Assembly: GCF_026571515.1 (NCBI RefSeq)
Contig: NW_026857197.1
Span: forward strand, 1-64,000
Origin: Ruditapes philippinarum
Lineage: Eukaryota
Direction of reading: 5' to 3'
DNA length: 64,000 nucleotides
The notes beneath the pieces are model-generated. The model was given only the letters and a program-made list of their open reading frames with translations. It did not search any database and was not told the origin of the DNA. Position 1 is the stretch's first letter. Each line of letters begins with the position of its first letter. Position numbers and translations under genes: made by a program. Shown piece by piece: positions 36,671 through 49,887 of this stretch.

Positions 36671-39600
36671 TTTTTAGCTCACCTGTCACAAAGTGACAGG
36701 GTGAGCTTTTGTGATCGCTTTTCGTCCGGCGTCCGTCCGTCGTCCGTCCGTCCGTAAATTTTTACTTTAAATGACATCTCCTCATAAACCACTAAGCCAA
36801 TTTTATCCAAACTTCACAGGAATGTTCCTTTGGTGGTCACCTTTAAAAATTGTTCAAAGAATTTAATTCCATGCAGAACTCTGGTTGCCATGGCAACCGA
36901 AAGAAAAAACTTTAAATATCTTCTTTTAAAAAACCGTAAGAGCTAAAGCTTAGATATTTGGCATGAAACATCTTCTAGTGAGTGTCTACCAAGTTTGTTC
37001 AAATAAAAGCCCTGGGGTCAAAATTGGCCCCACCCCAGGAGGTCATTGATTTTCCCTATATACATATAGTAAAAACTTAAAAAATCTTCTTTTAAAGAAC
37101 CAAAAGAGCTACAGCTAAGATATTTAGCATGAAACATGTTCTAATGAATGTCTACCAAGTTTGTTCAAATAAAAGCCCCTGGGTCAAAATTGGCCCCGCC
37201 CCGGGGGGGTCATTGATTTTCCCTATATACATATAGTAAAAACGTAAAAAATCTTCTTTTAAAAAACCATAAGAGCTAGAGCTTAGATATTTGGCATGAA
37301 ACATCTTCTAGTGAGTGTCTACCAAGTTTGTTCAAATAAAAGTCCTTGGGTCAAAATTGGCCCCGCCCCGGGGGGTCATTGATTTTCCCTATATACATAT
37401 AGTAAAAACGTAAAAAATCTTCTTTTAAAAAACCATAAGAGCTAGAGCTTAGATATTTGGCATGAAACATCTTCTAGTGAGTGTCTACCAAGTTTGTTCA
37501 AATAAAAGCCCTGGGGTCAAAATTGGCCCCGCCCCGGGGGGTCATTGATTTTCCCTATATACATATAGTAAAAACTTAAAAAATCTTCTTTTAAAGAACC
37601 AAAAGAGCTACAGCTAAGATATTTAGCATGAAACATGTACTAATAAGTGTCTACCAAGTTTAATCAAATAAAAGCCCTGGGGTCAAAATTGGCCCCGCCC
37701 CGGGGGGTCATTGATTTTCCCTATATGCATATAGTAAAAACTTAAAAAATCTTCTTTTAAAGAACTCAAAGAGCTATGGCTAAGATATTTAGCATCAAAC
37801 ATGTTCTAATAAGTGTCTACCAAGTTTGTTCAAATAAAAGCCCTGGGGTCAAAATTGGCCCCGCCCCAGGGGGGTCATTGATTTTCCCTATATGCATATA
37901 GTAAAAACTTAAAAAATCTTCTTTTAAAGAACCAAAAGACCTAGAGCTAAGATTTTTAGCATGAAACATGTTCTAATAGGTGTCTACCAAGTTTGTTCAA
38001 ATAAAAGCCCTGGGGTCAAAATTGGCCCCGCCCCGGGGGGTCATTGATTTTCCCTATATGCATATAGTAAAAACTTAAGAAATCTTCTTTTAAAGAACCG
38101 AAAAGGGCTAGAGCTAAGATATTTAGCATGGAACATGTTCTAATGGGTGTCTTCCAAGTTTGTTCAAATAAAAGCCCTGGGGTCAAAATTGGCCCCGCCC
38201 CGGGGGGATCATTGATTTTCCCTATATGCATATAGTAAAAACTTAAAAAAATCTTCTTTTAAAGAACTCAAAGAGCTATGGCTAAGATATTGAGCATCAA
38301 ACATGTTCTAATAGGTGTCTACCAAGTTTGTTCAAATAAAAGCCCTGGGGTCAAAATTGGCCCCACCCCAGGGGGTCATTGATTTTTCCTATATGCATAT
38401 AGTAAAAACTTAAAAAATCTTCTTTTAAAGAACCAAAAGAGTTAAACCTAAGATATTTAGCATGAAACATGTACTAATAAGTGTCTACCACGTTTGTTCA
38501 AATAAAAGCCCTGGGGTCAAAATTGACCCCACCCCAGGGGGTCATTGATTTTTCCTATATGCATATAGTAAAAACTTAAAAAATCTTCTTTTAAAGAACC
38601 AAAAGAGTTAGAGCTAAGATATTTAGCATGAAACATGTTCTAATAAGTGTCTACCAAGTTTGTTCAAATAAAAGCCCTGGGGTCAAAATTGGCCCCGCCC
38701 CGGGGGGTCATTGATTTTCCCTATATGCATATAGTAAAAGCTTAAAAAATCTTCTTTTTAAGAACTCAAAGAGCTATGGCTAAGATATTTAGCATCAAAC
38801 ATGTTCTTATAAGTGTCTACCAAGTTTGTTCAAATAAAAGCCCTTGGGTCAAAATTGGCCCCGCCCCAGGGGGTCATTGATTTTCCCTATATGCATATAG
38901 TAAAAACTTAAAAAATCTTCTTTTAAAGAACCAAATGAGCTAGAGCTAAGATTTTTAGCATGAAACATGTTCTAATAGGTGTCTACCAAGTTTGTTCAAA
39001 TAAAAGCCCTGGGGTCAAAATTGGCCCCACCCCAGTGGGTCATTGATTTTCCCTATATGCATATAGTAAAAACTTAAGAAATCTTCTTTTAAAGAACCAA
39101 AAGAGTTAAAGCTAAGATATTTAGCATGAAACATGTACTAATAAGTGTCTACCAAGTTTGTTCAAATAAAAGCCCTGGGGTCAAAATTGGCCCCGCCAAG
39201 GGGGGGTCATTGATTTTCCCTATATGCATATAGTAAAAGCTTAAAAAATCTTCTTTTTAAGAACTCAAAGAGCTATGGCTAAGATATTTAGCATCAAACA
39301 TGTTCTTATAAGTGTCTACCAAGTTTGTTCAAATAAAAGCCCTTGGGTCAAAATTGGCCCCGCCCCAGGGGGTCATTGATTTTCCCTATATGCATATAGT
39401 AAAAACTTAAAAAATCTTCTTTTAAAGAACCAAAAGAGCTAGAGCTAAGATTTTTAGCATGAAACATGTTCTAATAAGTGTCTACCAAGTTTGTTCAAAT
39501 AAAAGCCCTGGGGTCAAAATTGGCCCCGCCCCGGGGGGTCATTGATTTTCCCTATATGCATATAGTAAAAACTTAAGAAATCTTCTTTTAAAGAACCAAA

Positions 39601-41098
39601 AGAGCTAGAGCTAAGATATTTAGCATGAAACATGTTCTAATGGGTGTCTACCAAGTTTGTTCAAATAAAAGCCCTGGGGTCAAAATTGGCCCCGCCCCGG
39701 GGGGTCATTGATTTTCCCTATATGCATATAGTAAAAACTTAAAAAATCTTCTTTTAAAGAACTCAAAGAGCTATGGCTAAGATATTGAGCATCAAACATG
39801 TTCTAATAGGTGTCTACCAAGTTTGTTCAAATAAAAGCCCTGGGGTCAAAATTGGCCCCACCCCAGGGGGTCATTGATTTTCCCTATATGCATATAGTAA
39901 AAACTTAAAAAATCTTCTTTTAAAGAACCAAAAGAGTTAGAGCTAAGATATTTAGCATCAAACATGTTCTAATAGGTGTCTACCAAGTTTGTTCAAATAA
40001 AAGCCCTGGGGTCAAAATTGGCCCCACCCCAGGGGGTCATTGATTTTCCCTATATGCATATAGTAAAAACTTAAAAAATCTTCTTTTAAAGAACCAAAAG
40101 AGTTAGAGCTAAGATATTTAGCATGAAACATGTTCTAATAAGTGTCTACCAAGTTTGTTCAAATAAAAGCCCTTGGGTCAAAATTGGCCCCGCCCCGGGG
40201 GGTCATTGATTTTTCCTATATGCATATAGTAAAAACTTAAAAAATCTTCTTTTAAAGTACCAAAAGAGTTAAAGCTAAGATATTTAGCATGAAACATGTA
40301 CTAATAAGTGTCTACCAAGTTTGTTCAAATAAAATCCCTGGGGTCAAAATTGGCCCCGCCCCGGGGGGATCATTGATTTTCCCTATATGCATATAGTAAA
40401 AACTTAAAAAATCTTCTTTTAAAGAACTCAAAGAGCTATGGCTAAGATATTTAGCATCAAACATGTTCTAATAGGTGTCTACCAAGTTTGTTCAAATAAA
40501 AGCCCTGGGGTCAAAATTGGCACCGCCCCGGGGGTCATTGATTTTCCTTATATGTGTATAGCAAAAACTTAAAAAATCTTCTTTGAAAAAAACCAAATAG
40601 CTAGAGTTAAGATATTAAGCATGAAACATCTTTTAGTGAGTGTCTACAAAGTTTGTTCAAATAAAAGACCTGGGGTCAAAATTGGCCCCGCCCCGGGGGT
40701 CATTGATTTTCTTTATATGTGTATAGCAAAAACTTAAAAATCTTCTTTGAAAAAACCCAAATAGCTAGAGTTTAGATATTAAGCATGAAACATCTTCTAG
40801 TAAGTGTCTACAAAGTTTGTTCAAATAAAAGCCCTGGGGTCAAAACTGGTCCGGCCCCAGGGGTGTCATTGTTTTTAACTATATGTGTATAGTAAAAACT
40901 TAAAAAAAATCTTCTTTCAAAAAGCCCAATGAGCTAGAGCTTAGATGTTTAGCATGAAAACATCTTCTTATGGGTGTCTACCGAGTTTGTGCAAATAAAA
41001 GCCCTTGGGTTAAATTGGCCCTGCAACGTTGGGGGGGGGGGGGGGGTTGGGGGCCTATATACAGGTGAGCGACCTCTGGGCCATCATGGCCCTCTTGT
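36671..41098 (+). mobile_element. Helentron/HINE element, same family as 29822-31647, with ~25 x 166-bp array
   Basis: Termini are essentially identical to the TTC38-intron copy. The array spans ~36850-41020. Confidence 0.9.
36850..41020. repeat. 166-bp satellite-like tandem array
   Basis: AAATAAAAGCCCTGGGGTCAAAATTGGCCCC recurs about every 166 bp (e.g. 39497, 39663). 25 occurrences were counted by eye. Confidence 0.95.
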
Positions 41099-42330
41099 TT
41101 TGTAATCGTTGTTATGGTTTTTGGTTATTTTTGTTGGTTAAAGGATGTCCAATAAAATGTTGTTTCATGCTAAATATTTACTTTCTCGCCATTTGTGTTC
41201 CAGTCTAAAATATTGTTGAAGGTTTTACTGAAATCCATGAGCCTTAGTGTAGATTTAGTCCATAAGATGATGTTTCATGCCAAACATCTAAGATGTCAAA
41301 GGAAAAGATTTTAGTTTGACTATATACCATGTATACATATTTTGAAAACCTATATGACACCCGAGACAGCACCAATTTGACAGGACGTTAATTAGAATGC
41401 ATTGTATATTTGGTAGAGATCAACTAGATCATCTTTTATATCAAATATATAAGCTCCTGCACATTGCGTTTCCGAGAAGATTATTTTACAAATGTTTTTT
41501 ACAGGAAATATACATTTAAGGAAAACCCATTACCCCCTTCACAAGGACAAAACCAATGCTTACCATTTGGCTATTATTTTATTTATTATTTTTATAACAA
41601 TTTTAGCTTTTTGTGTTTGTTTTACCCTCGATTTAAACTTGTGTAAAGTAAGTGGCCTGCATTAAATAAAACAAAACACTTTGCCGTGATGTTTCATTTT
41701 GTTTTGTGAAAGGCTTTCCGAGAACCGCTTATGTAACATCCGTATGAAGTCGATTTTATCTTTATATAGAGAGTCTTACAGTATGGAAGTGATCAGAGTT
41801 TCTAAAATCGCTTGTCGACTGGAATGTTATAGAGATGGGTGTGAATGATTCAAACGTGTATTTTAAATATACATATTTATTCATGGCTGGATTTATATGT
41901 TTAAGTAAGTACCTTTTTCTTTCTTTCTGTCCTGTCTTTCTTTTTGTCTGTCTGTCTTTCTTATTTTTTTATTTCTTTCTTTCATTTTTTTTTCATTTTT
42001 TTCAATTCTTTATACGGGGTTTTGCCTTTTGTCTATTTCAAATTATCAAAACATATATAGAAAGATTTGTAAATTAGGATTCTTTTTCCTAATTTCAACT
42101 GTATTTATTTTCAATTTAAGTTTGAGTGAAGATTTAAAACAGGTCCAATTCATTCTTCTGTATGACAACCAAAAAAAAAAGCTACACATTTACACAAATA
42201 AAATTCAGTAATGTATTTCGACATTATTTTTCTTTTTTTTTCCTTTCTTTTATTTAATACTATGAGTTTATAAATGAAAGAGTAAGGCAAACACAAAAAT
42301 ATGAACAACAACAATAACATTAACATTAAA

Positions 42331-42370
<40 letters not shown>

Positions 42371-42674
42371 GCACACACACACACACTGCGCTAGAGGGCA
42401 ACTTAAGACGCTAAGCCCGTGTGCGCGTCTTCCATATGTATAAAGTTTAGGTGAACAATATCAAACTTAAAGATTCTATTTAATAAACTTTATTTTATTC
42501 TATTTCAAAAGAAAAATATTACCAACTGTATAAAATGAAGAACTTTTGCAACATTCTGATTCGTTCAAGATTGACCACCAGTATAGATTTGCCTCAATTT
42601 GAATTCGGATCAACCCATTGTTAGCTTAAGGGCTTTCAAACTTATGCTAATTTTGTTGGGGTTTTTTGTTCAGT

Positions 42675-42905
42675 ATTTAATCGCACCAAAACTGTAAAAA
42701 TTAAAGGTCATATAGCCGCGGCTTTACTGGCGGAAGAAGACCTCAGGTTTCGTTCCGTGCATTATTTCTGGCACGAACGGACACGTGAGTAAACCACCGA
42801 CGTTTCGTAAGCGAGCCAACACATAAAATAGTACAAATTCCTGGCGAGATTCGAAGACACAAGTTTGAGATCAACGACTTTAACTGCACTGTCACGGACG
42901 CCCCT
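42675..42905 (-). mobile_element. tRNA-derived SINE copy
   Basis: GCTTTACTGGCGGAAGAAGACCTCAGG..GCATTATTTC..ACCACCGACG..GAGATTCGAA..CACGGACGCCCC. Further decayed fragments lie at ~4985-5130, ~29520-29645, ~56715-56930, ~58845-58925 and ~61400-61640. Confidence 0.7.
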
Positions 42906-43892
42906 AACATAATATCAAACAACTAAAAATGTCCAAATCTTCGATAGTTTGTTGACCATCGAGTAGTAAGCCTCAACGAATGTTATAATTTTTAAAATTT
43001 TGAACCTTTTCATTTTGAGAAAGTTGTAGTCTGCTAAAAATTTTTTGTTTATATGTATCTAACAAGAAGCTGTATAGGTATCTAACAAGAAGCTGTGACG
43101 CAACATTTCGGTCTTTTCCGCCAATCTTTGGGCACAACGTATATATTGTAAACATATGCCATAAATCTATAGATAATTGTACATCAGTTGTCATTTCTAA
43201 ATTGATTATGATTGTCAAACACATTTTTTCAAAATAAATTTGCCGAAATAGTCTTAATTTTATACAAAGATAACACGATTACATCTCAAGTCACGTGGAA
43301 GATACATCTTTAATGTGTCCGAGTTTATCATGAAAATTCGTTAATGTTCTTGTCTGGCTTTGTTCCTAGCTGTACTCAAAAGGCAATTGTGATCTGTCTT
43401 GGCATGTCAGTAGCTTAAAAAAATTGTGTCATAGTTTGGAGATCTTTCTGGAGTTAAATTATATACCATATACATACACAGTGCGTTAACTGGAGTGCTG
43501 GACTATTCATTACCCGCACTCCAATTACGGACTGTCGGGGATAAAAAAAATAGAGCATGATACACTGTTACTGGTGTTTGCTTATTGTGATGACAGGCAC
43601 AGAGATAACAATAGACAAGTCATATTCGGATGCTCGTACATAATTTATTGGCTACCTTTCCTGTGGTTTCATATTGTGACGAAAGGAAACTTTTTTATTT
43701 TTACCTATGATACAAAAGAGGAAGAACATCAAAACAGCGAATAGCCTCCTTTTTTAATGCTCTTTCTGTTAGATAAATCCCCGATGTTTTTATATATCTA
43801 ATGTAGAATTTATACATTGTTGTTGTTGTTATTATTTTTGTGTTGTTTTACTCCTCCAGAAATTATCAGATTATTTTATCCATTTACATTCA

Positions 43893-45310
43893 ATTTTAGC
43901 TCGATTTATCGAGTTATGTGGACGTTGTCGTATCCGGTACAGGCACCATGGCCCATATCTTTGCCGTCAGGACACTTTTATTTTCATTTGTCAATGGATT
44001 CCCTTCATACTTGGACACAATAACACTTTGGGACCTTAAAGTATACCAGACTGAATTTGACCTTCTCACATAAATAACCTTGACCATCTAGGTCAAATGT
44101 TGAATGTCGCTTGATTTTTGCTATAATTGAATAAAACTTTGCTATTTATGAATAGATTGTCTTCATACTTGGATACAGCAATCCTTTGGACAAGACCTAC
44201 AAGAGGATTAAGTTGATTGTAACATTTACTCATCAATGACCTTGACTATGAAGGTCAAGTTGTTTTACTTTTGCTATAATGGGTTAAACTTTGTTTTTGT
44301 ATAATTTTATTGTCTTCATACTTGAGCGCAACTACCTTCAGGACAATATTCTAGAAAAGATCAAAACTAATTTGAACTCGATTCATAAATGACCTTGCCC
44401 TTGCAGGTCAAATTATTGTAACTTCAGTTGTTTGTTACAATAGGCTATAACTTTGTAAATAATACATGGATTGTCTTTATACTAAATACTAAGTCAAAAA
44501 ATTCCTTGGGACAAGACATCAGAAAGGATTTATTAAACATGAGCTTGATTTGACCTTGACATTTAAGTTCAAATAAGTGAACTTTGCTACAGGCTATATC
44601 TTTGCTATTTATTTATGGATTTTATTTAAACTTTGATAAAAAAACAATTATACCAAACCTGACATGTTTAGTACTTCAAAAAAATATGATCTCGACCTCA
44701 CCTTGACCGTCAAGGTCAATTATTGAATTTAGCTTATATTGTCACAACTTCGTTATTTAATACGTATTTGATTTATAATTGGACAAAAGTATCCTTACCG
44801 CAAAACCGACATGTTGAATGATTAAAAATGATATTAATGTTTATTTGGCCTGAACCGTCAAGGTAAAACTAATGAAATTTGCTTAAATTATCCTAACTTT
44901 GTTATTAATTTACCGGTTTGATTTAAACTTAATCAAAAGAACACATTATAATGACAATTTCGAAATGTTGAATTATTGCGATATGACATTGACCTTAAAT
45001 TGGTCTTGAATTATTGAAATTTGCTTAAATTGCCATAACTTTCTTAATTAAAGACACATTTTCTTATACTCGGACAAAAGTATACGTAGGATAAAATCGA
45101 CATATTGTGTAACATTGAGCCTTGAATGACCTTTACCGATACGGTACCATCAAGGTCAAATCATTTAATTTTGCTTGTAATTCTTAACTTGGTTATAACT
45201 AATGGATTTGAGTCATTCTTTTAAATGCATATGGTAAAATTGACATAATGTTATAATTGAATAATGATTCAAATTTGACCTCAAACTATGAATGACCTTG
45301 ACCGTTCAGA
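43893..45310 (+). mobile_element. Old HINE-like element with degenerate ~150-bp tandem units
   Basis: Starts TTTTAGCTCGATTTATCGAG, with recurrent ATGGATTGTCTTCATACTTGG..GACCTTGAC..AAGGTCAA. It runs toward the assembly gap. Confidence 0.55.
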
Positions 45311-45387
45311 TTAAACATAAAATTTAAACTATATTTTTTAACAAGAAAATTATGTTTTTTATTAGTAGTCTCTACTGCATTATTGTC

Positions 45388-45561
45388 NNNNNNNNNNNNN
45401 NNNNNNNNNNNNNNNNNNNNNNNNNNNNNNNNNNNNNNNNNNNNNNNNNNNNNNNNNNNNNNNNNNNNNNNNNNNNNNNNNNNNNNNNNNNNNNNNNNNN
45501 NNNNNNNNNNNNNNNNNNNNNNNNNNNNNNNNNNNNNNNNNNNNNNNNNNNNNNNNNNNNN
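45388..45561. other. Assembly gap (N run)
   Basis: 174 N characters. Confidence 1.
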
Positions 45562-45707
45562 GCTAGGCGGTGGCTTATCTAAACTTGATATAAAAAATAT
45601 CTAATATTAGGCATAAAATCTTCATATCATCCCTCTCTGTTATGTACCATAATTTATACAAAAGGGAACATTCTCTATTAATGGACTTTACATTATGATA
45701 ATTCCAG

Positions 45708-48700
45708 GTTTTCCGGGGTCAAGAACGCTTGATATTAAAGCAGCAATCAATGAAACAACAATGACAACCTCTACAACAGTAAATGTAACAGAGAGCGAGC
45801 AACCAAAGACAACCGCTACTACAACAATAAATGTAACAGAGAGTAAGCGACCAATGACCACCGCTACAGTAAATGTAACAGAGAGCGAGCGACCAATGAC
45901 AACCGCTACTACGACAGTAAATGTAACAGAGAGTGAGCGACCAATGACAACCGCTACTACAACAGTAAATGTAACAGAGAGTGAGCGACCAATGACAACC
46001 GCTACTACAACAGTAAATGTAACAGAGAGTGAGCGACCAATGACAACCGCTACTACAACAATAAATGTAACAGAGAGTGAGCGACCAATGACAACCGCTA
46101 CTACAACAGTAAATGTAACAGAGAGTGAGCGACCAATGACAACCGCTACTACAGCAGTAAATGAAACAGAGAGTGAGCGACCAATGACCACCACTACTAC
46201 GAGTACTACCTCTATTACAACAGAAAATGTAACAGAGAGCGATTTAGCTAATACAACCTCTTCTACAACAATAAATGAAACTGAGCGCGAGCTACCAAAG
46301 ATTGAAACCGCTACTACGACAAAGGATGTAAAAGACAGCGAGATACCAATGACAACCGCTACTACGAAACATAATGAAGCAGAGAGCGAGCGACCAATGA
46401 CAACCGCTACTACGACAGTAAATGTAAAAGAGAGTGAGCATCCAAAGACAACCGCTACTACAACAATAAATGTCACAGAGAGTAAGCGACCAATGACCAC
46501 CGCTACTACAACAGTAAATGTAACAGAGAGCGAGCGACCAATGACAACCGCTACTACGACAGTAAATGTATCAGAGAGTGAGCGACCAATGACCACCGCT
46601 ACTACAACAGTAAATGTAACAGAGAGCGAGCGACCAATGACAACCGCTACTACGACAGTAAATGTAACAGAGAGTGAGCGACCAATGACCACCGCTACTA
46701 CAACAATAAATGTAACAGAGAGCGAGCGACCAATGACAACCGCTACTACAACAATAAATGTAACAGAGAGTGAGCGACCAATGACAACCGCTACTACAAC
46801 AGTAAATGTAACCGAGAGTGAGCGACCAATGACAACCACTACTACGAGTACTACCTCTAGTACAACAGAAAATGTAACAGAGAGCGATTTAGCTAATACA
46901 ACCTCTTCTACAACAATAAATAAAACTAAGCGCGAGCTACCAAAGATTGAAACCGCTACTACGACAAAGGATGTAAAAGACAGCGAGGTACCAATGACAA
47001 CCACTACTACGAAACATAGTGAAGCAGAGAGCGAGCGACCAATGACAACCGCTACCACGACAGTAAATGTAAAAGAGAGTGAGCGACCAATGACAACCGC
47101 TACTACAACAGTAAATGTAACAGAGAGTGAGCGACCGATGACAACCGCTGCTACAACAATAAATGTAACAGAGAGTGAGCGACCAATGACAACCGCTACT
47201 AGAATAGTAAATATAACAGCGAGTGAGCGACCAATGACAACCGCTACTACGACAGTAAATGTAACAGAGAGTGAGCGAACAATGACAACCGCTACTACAA
47301 CAATAAATGTAACAGAGAGTGAGCGACCAATGGCAACCGGTACTACAACAGTAAATGTAACAGAGAGTGAGCGACCAATGACCACCGCTACTACAACATT
47401 AAATGCTACAGAGAATCAGCGACCAATGACAACCGCTACTACAGCAGTAAATGTAACAGAGAGCGAGCGACCAATGACAACCTCTTACAACAGTAAATGT
47501 AACAGAGAGTGAGCGACCAATGACCACCGCTACTACGACAGTAAATGTAACAGAGAGCGAGCGACCAATGACAACCGCTACTACGACAGTAAATGTAACA
47601 GAGAGCGAGCGACCAATGACAACCGCTACTACAACAGTAAATGTAACAGAGAGCGAGCGACCAATGACAACCGCTACTACGACAGTAAATGTAACAAAGA
47701 GCGAGCGACCAATGACAACCGCTACTACCACAGTAAATGTAACAGAGAATGAGCGACCAATGACAACCGCTACTACAACAGTAAATGTAACAGAGAGTCT
47801 GCGACCAATGACCACCGCTACTACAACAATAAATGTAGCAGAGAGTGAGCGACAAATGACAACCGCTACTACAACAATAAATGTAACAGAGAGTGAGCGA
47901 CCAAAGACAACCGCTACTATGAACAATAATGAAGCAGAGAGCGAGCGACCAATGACAACCGCTACTACAACAATAAATGTAACAGAGAGTAAGCGACCAA
48001 TGACAACCGCTACTACAACAGTAAATGTAACAGAGAGTGAGCGACCAATGACAACCGCTTCTACGACAGTAAATGTAACAGAGAGTGAGCGACCAATGAC
48101 AACCGCTACTACGACAGTAAATGTAACAGAGAGCGAGCGACCAATGACAACCGCTGCTACAACAGTAAATGAAACAGAGAGTGAGCGACCAATGACCACC
48201 GCTACTACGACAGAAAATGTAACAGAGAGCGAGCGACAAATGACAACTGCTACTACGACAGTAAATGTAACAGAGAGCGAGCGACCAATGACAACCGCTG
48301 CTACGACAGTAAATGTAACACAAAGCGAGCGACCAATGATAACCGATATGACGACTACTACTTCTGCTACGACAGAAAATGTAACAGAGAGAGCGTTACC
48401 AAATGCAACCTCTTCCACAAATATTTTCACAGAAAGTGAGCGACCAAAGCCATCCTCTAATTCAAGTTTTACAGAACCACCAGGCGTTATCGCAGTTGTC
48501 ATTTCCATAGTTTATAATTGGTTTTTTTCTTCAGATGAAAATGAAAGAAGTTCAAAAACGACAGAAAATGTAACAGAGAGCGAGTTACCAAATACATCCT
48601 CTAAAACAGTAAATATATCGCAGAGCGAGCGACCAAAGACTGTAACCGCTACTACGGCAAAGAATGTAACAGAGAGCGAGCGACCAATTACAACCGCTAC

Positions 48701-49887
48701 TACGGCAAAGAATGTAACAGAGAGCAAGCGACCAATTACAACCGCTTCTTTGACAGGAAATGTAACAGAGAGCGAGCGACCAATGACAAGCACTTCTTTG
48801 ACTACTACGACAGAAAATGTTACAGAGAGCGAGTTACAAAATACAACCTCTTCTACAAATATTTTCACAGAAAGTGAGCGACCAAATACATCCTCTAATT
48901 CAAGTTCTAACCTCTCAAAACTAACAACAAAAGCAAGGGCTGTAACTTCCACTAAATCAATATTTACGAGAGTTGAGCCACCTGGTACGAAGGTAGTGGG
49001 GGAAATCGGAGTGGATCTGCAGGCACTCAAGTTACTTTTAACTTTTTTATTAACATACTGTGTGTCATTCTCGCAATGGCATATTGTTAGTGAATATACA
49101 AATTGTAGTATAACTTCAGCAATCATCAGCGAATGCTTCAATTTTATGCTTTTAATCATTTCATTTGATAGAATACCGACACTGAATTTCTATTGTATAA
49201 TAAAGGAATAAACTACTTACTAAATTCTAAAATTTTCTAGTCGAGTAATTCGGCTGCAAAGCAGCCAGGTCTTATATGATTTGAATAAGACGCATTATTT
49301 ATTGCGGAATGACATGATTAATTTTGCGAGTCGTCGATAAAAACACGAGTACATAAAACTATTAAAATTTCACCTTTACACCTTATGACCAATTTTTAAT
49401 TTCTGGCTTTGTTGCAAAACATTTCAACATTTTCTTCAAAAGGAAATACAATGATTTTACTATCCCCGTGTACAAATAACGGACTGTGTCTGTAGTTTAC
49501 CGAGATTTGATATCGTTAAACCAGGCATAAATTAAATCAATCGAAAGTTTCGCATTCGGACAAAACGCATCAGTGTAAGAGCTGTTGCATTGCACTGTCA
49601 TCAAACATCTGAATCTGTTCAATATATCCATTTCTTGACTTTTAGAAACTAGGAAGTAGGTTCATTTTTGAAGAAATTTATCTTTTAAAGTTTTAGAGAT
49701 TATTTGGATAGTGCTGCGAGGTTTCAGAAACTTAAATAAACACATAGGTTAAATATAAAGTAAAGCGAGGTTACACATCTATACTGTTTTGTTTTGGTTA
49801 GATTTGGTAATTATAATGGGTCTGATGCTTTTAATGTCTTTATACTACGTTTACTTTGGTGTTTTATCGATTGTCATTTGCTTATAA
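45708..49887 (+). CDS. Thr-rich mucin-like membrane-tethered glycoprotein (repeat exon(s) plus hydrophobic last exon; frameshift near 47484)
   Basis: Acceptor TTCCAG|45708 opens a 48-nt repeat encoding ESERPMTTATTTVNVT. Donor CCTG|GTACGA at 48984 joins in phase 1 to GTTAG|49802-49887, which encodes DLVIIMGLMLLMSLYYVYFGVLSIVICL*. A possible signal-peptide exon is 43557-43596 (MIHCYWCLLIVMT, weak GC donor). Confidence 0.7.
45750..48900 (+). repeat. 48-bp coding VNTR of the mucin
   Basis: Dozens of copies of GAGAGTGAGCGACCAATGACAACCGCTACTACAACAGTAAATGTAACA. A variant block (ESDLANTTSS..KDVKDSE..KHNEAE) is duplicated ~650 bp apart. Confidence 0.95.

Noticed and set aside
36850-41020. Regular array resembling a CRISPR locus, and ORF 38016..38231
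   Set aside because: Head-to-tail 166-bp monomers with no unique spacers, no cas genes and a eukaryotic context. The ORF is incidental.
45352-45604. ORFs containing X runs
   Set aside because: Artefacts of the N gap.
45688-49159. Long antisense ORFs (Val-rich VVVAVVIGRSLSVTFT; Cys-rich CYIYCCSSGCHWSL)
   Set aside because: Shadow frames of a stop-poor 48-bp repeat. Splice sites and protein logic support the + strand Thr-rich frame.
48985-49211. Hydrophobic C-terminus of ORF 47520..49211
   Set aside because: Probably intron read-through past the donor at 48984. A phase-matched hydrophobic exon exists at 49802-49887, though an unspliced isoform is not excluded.
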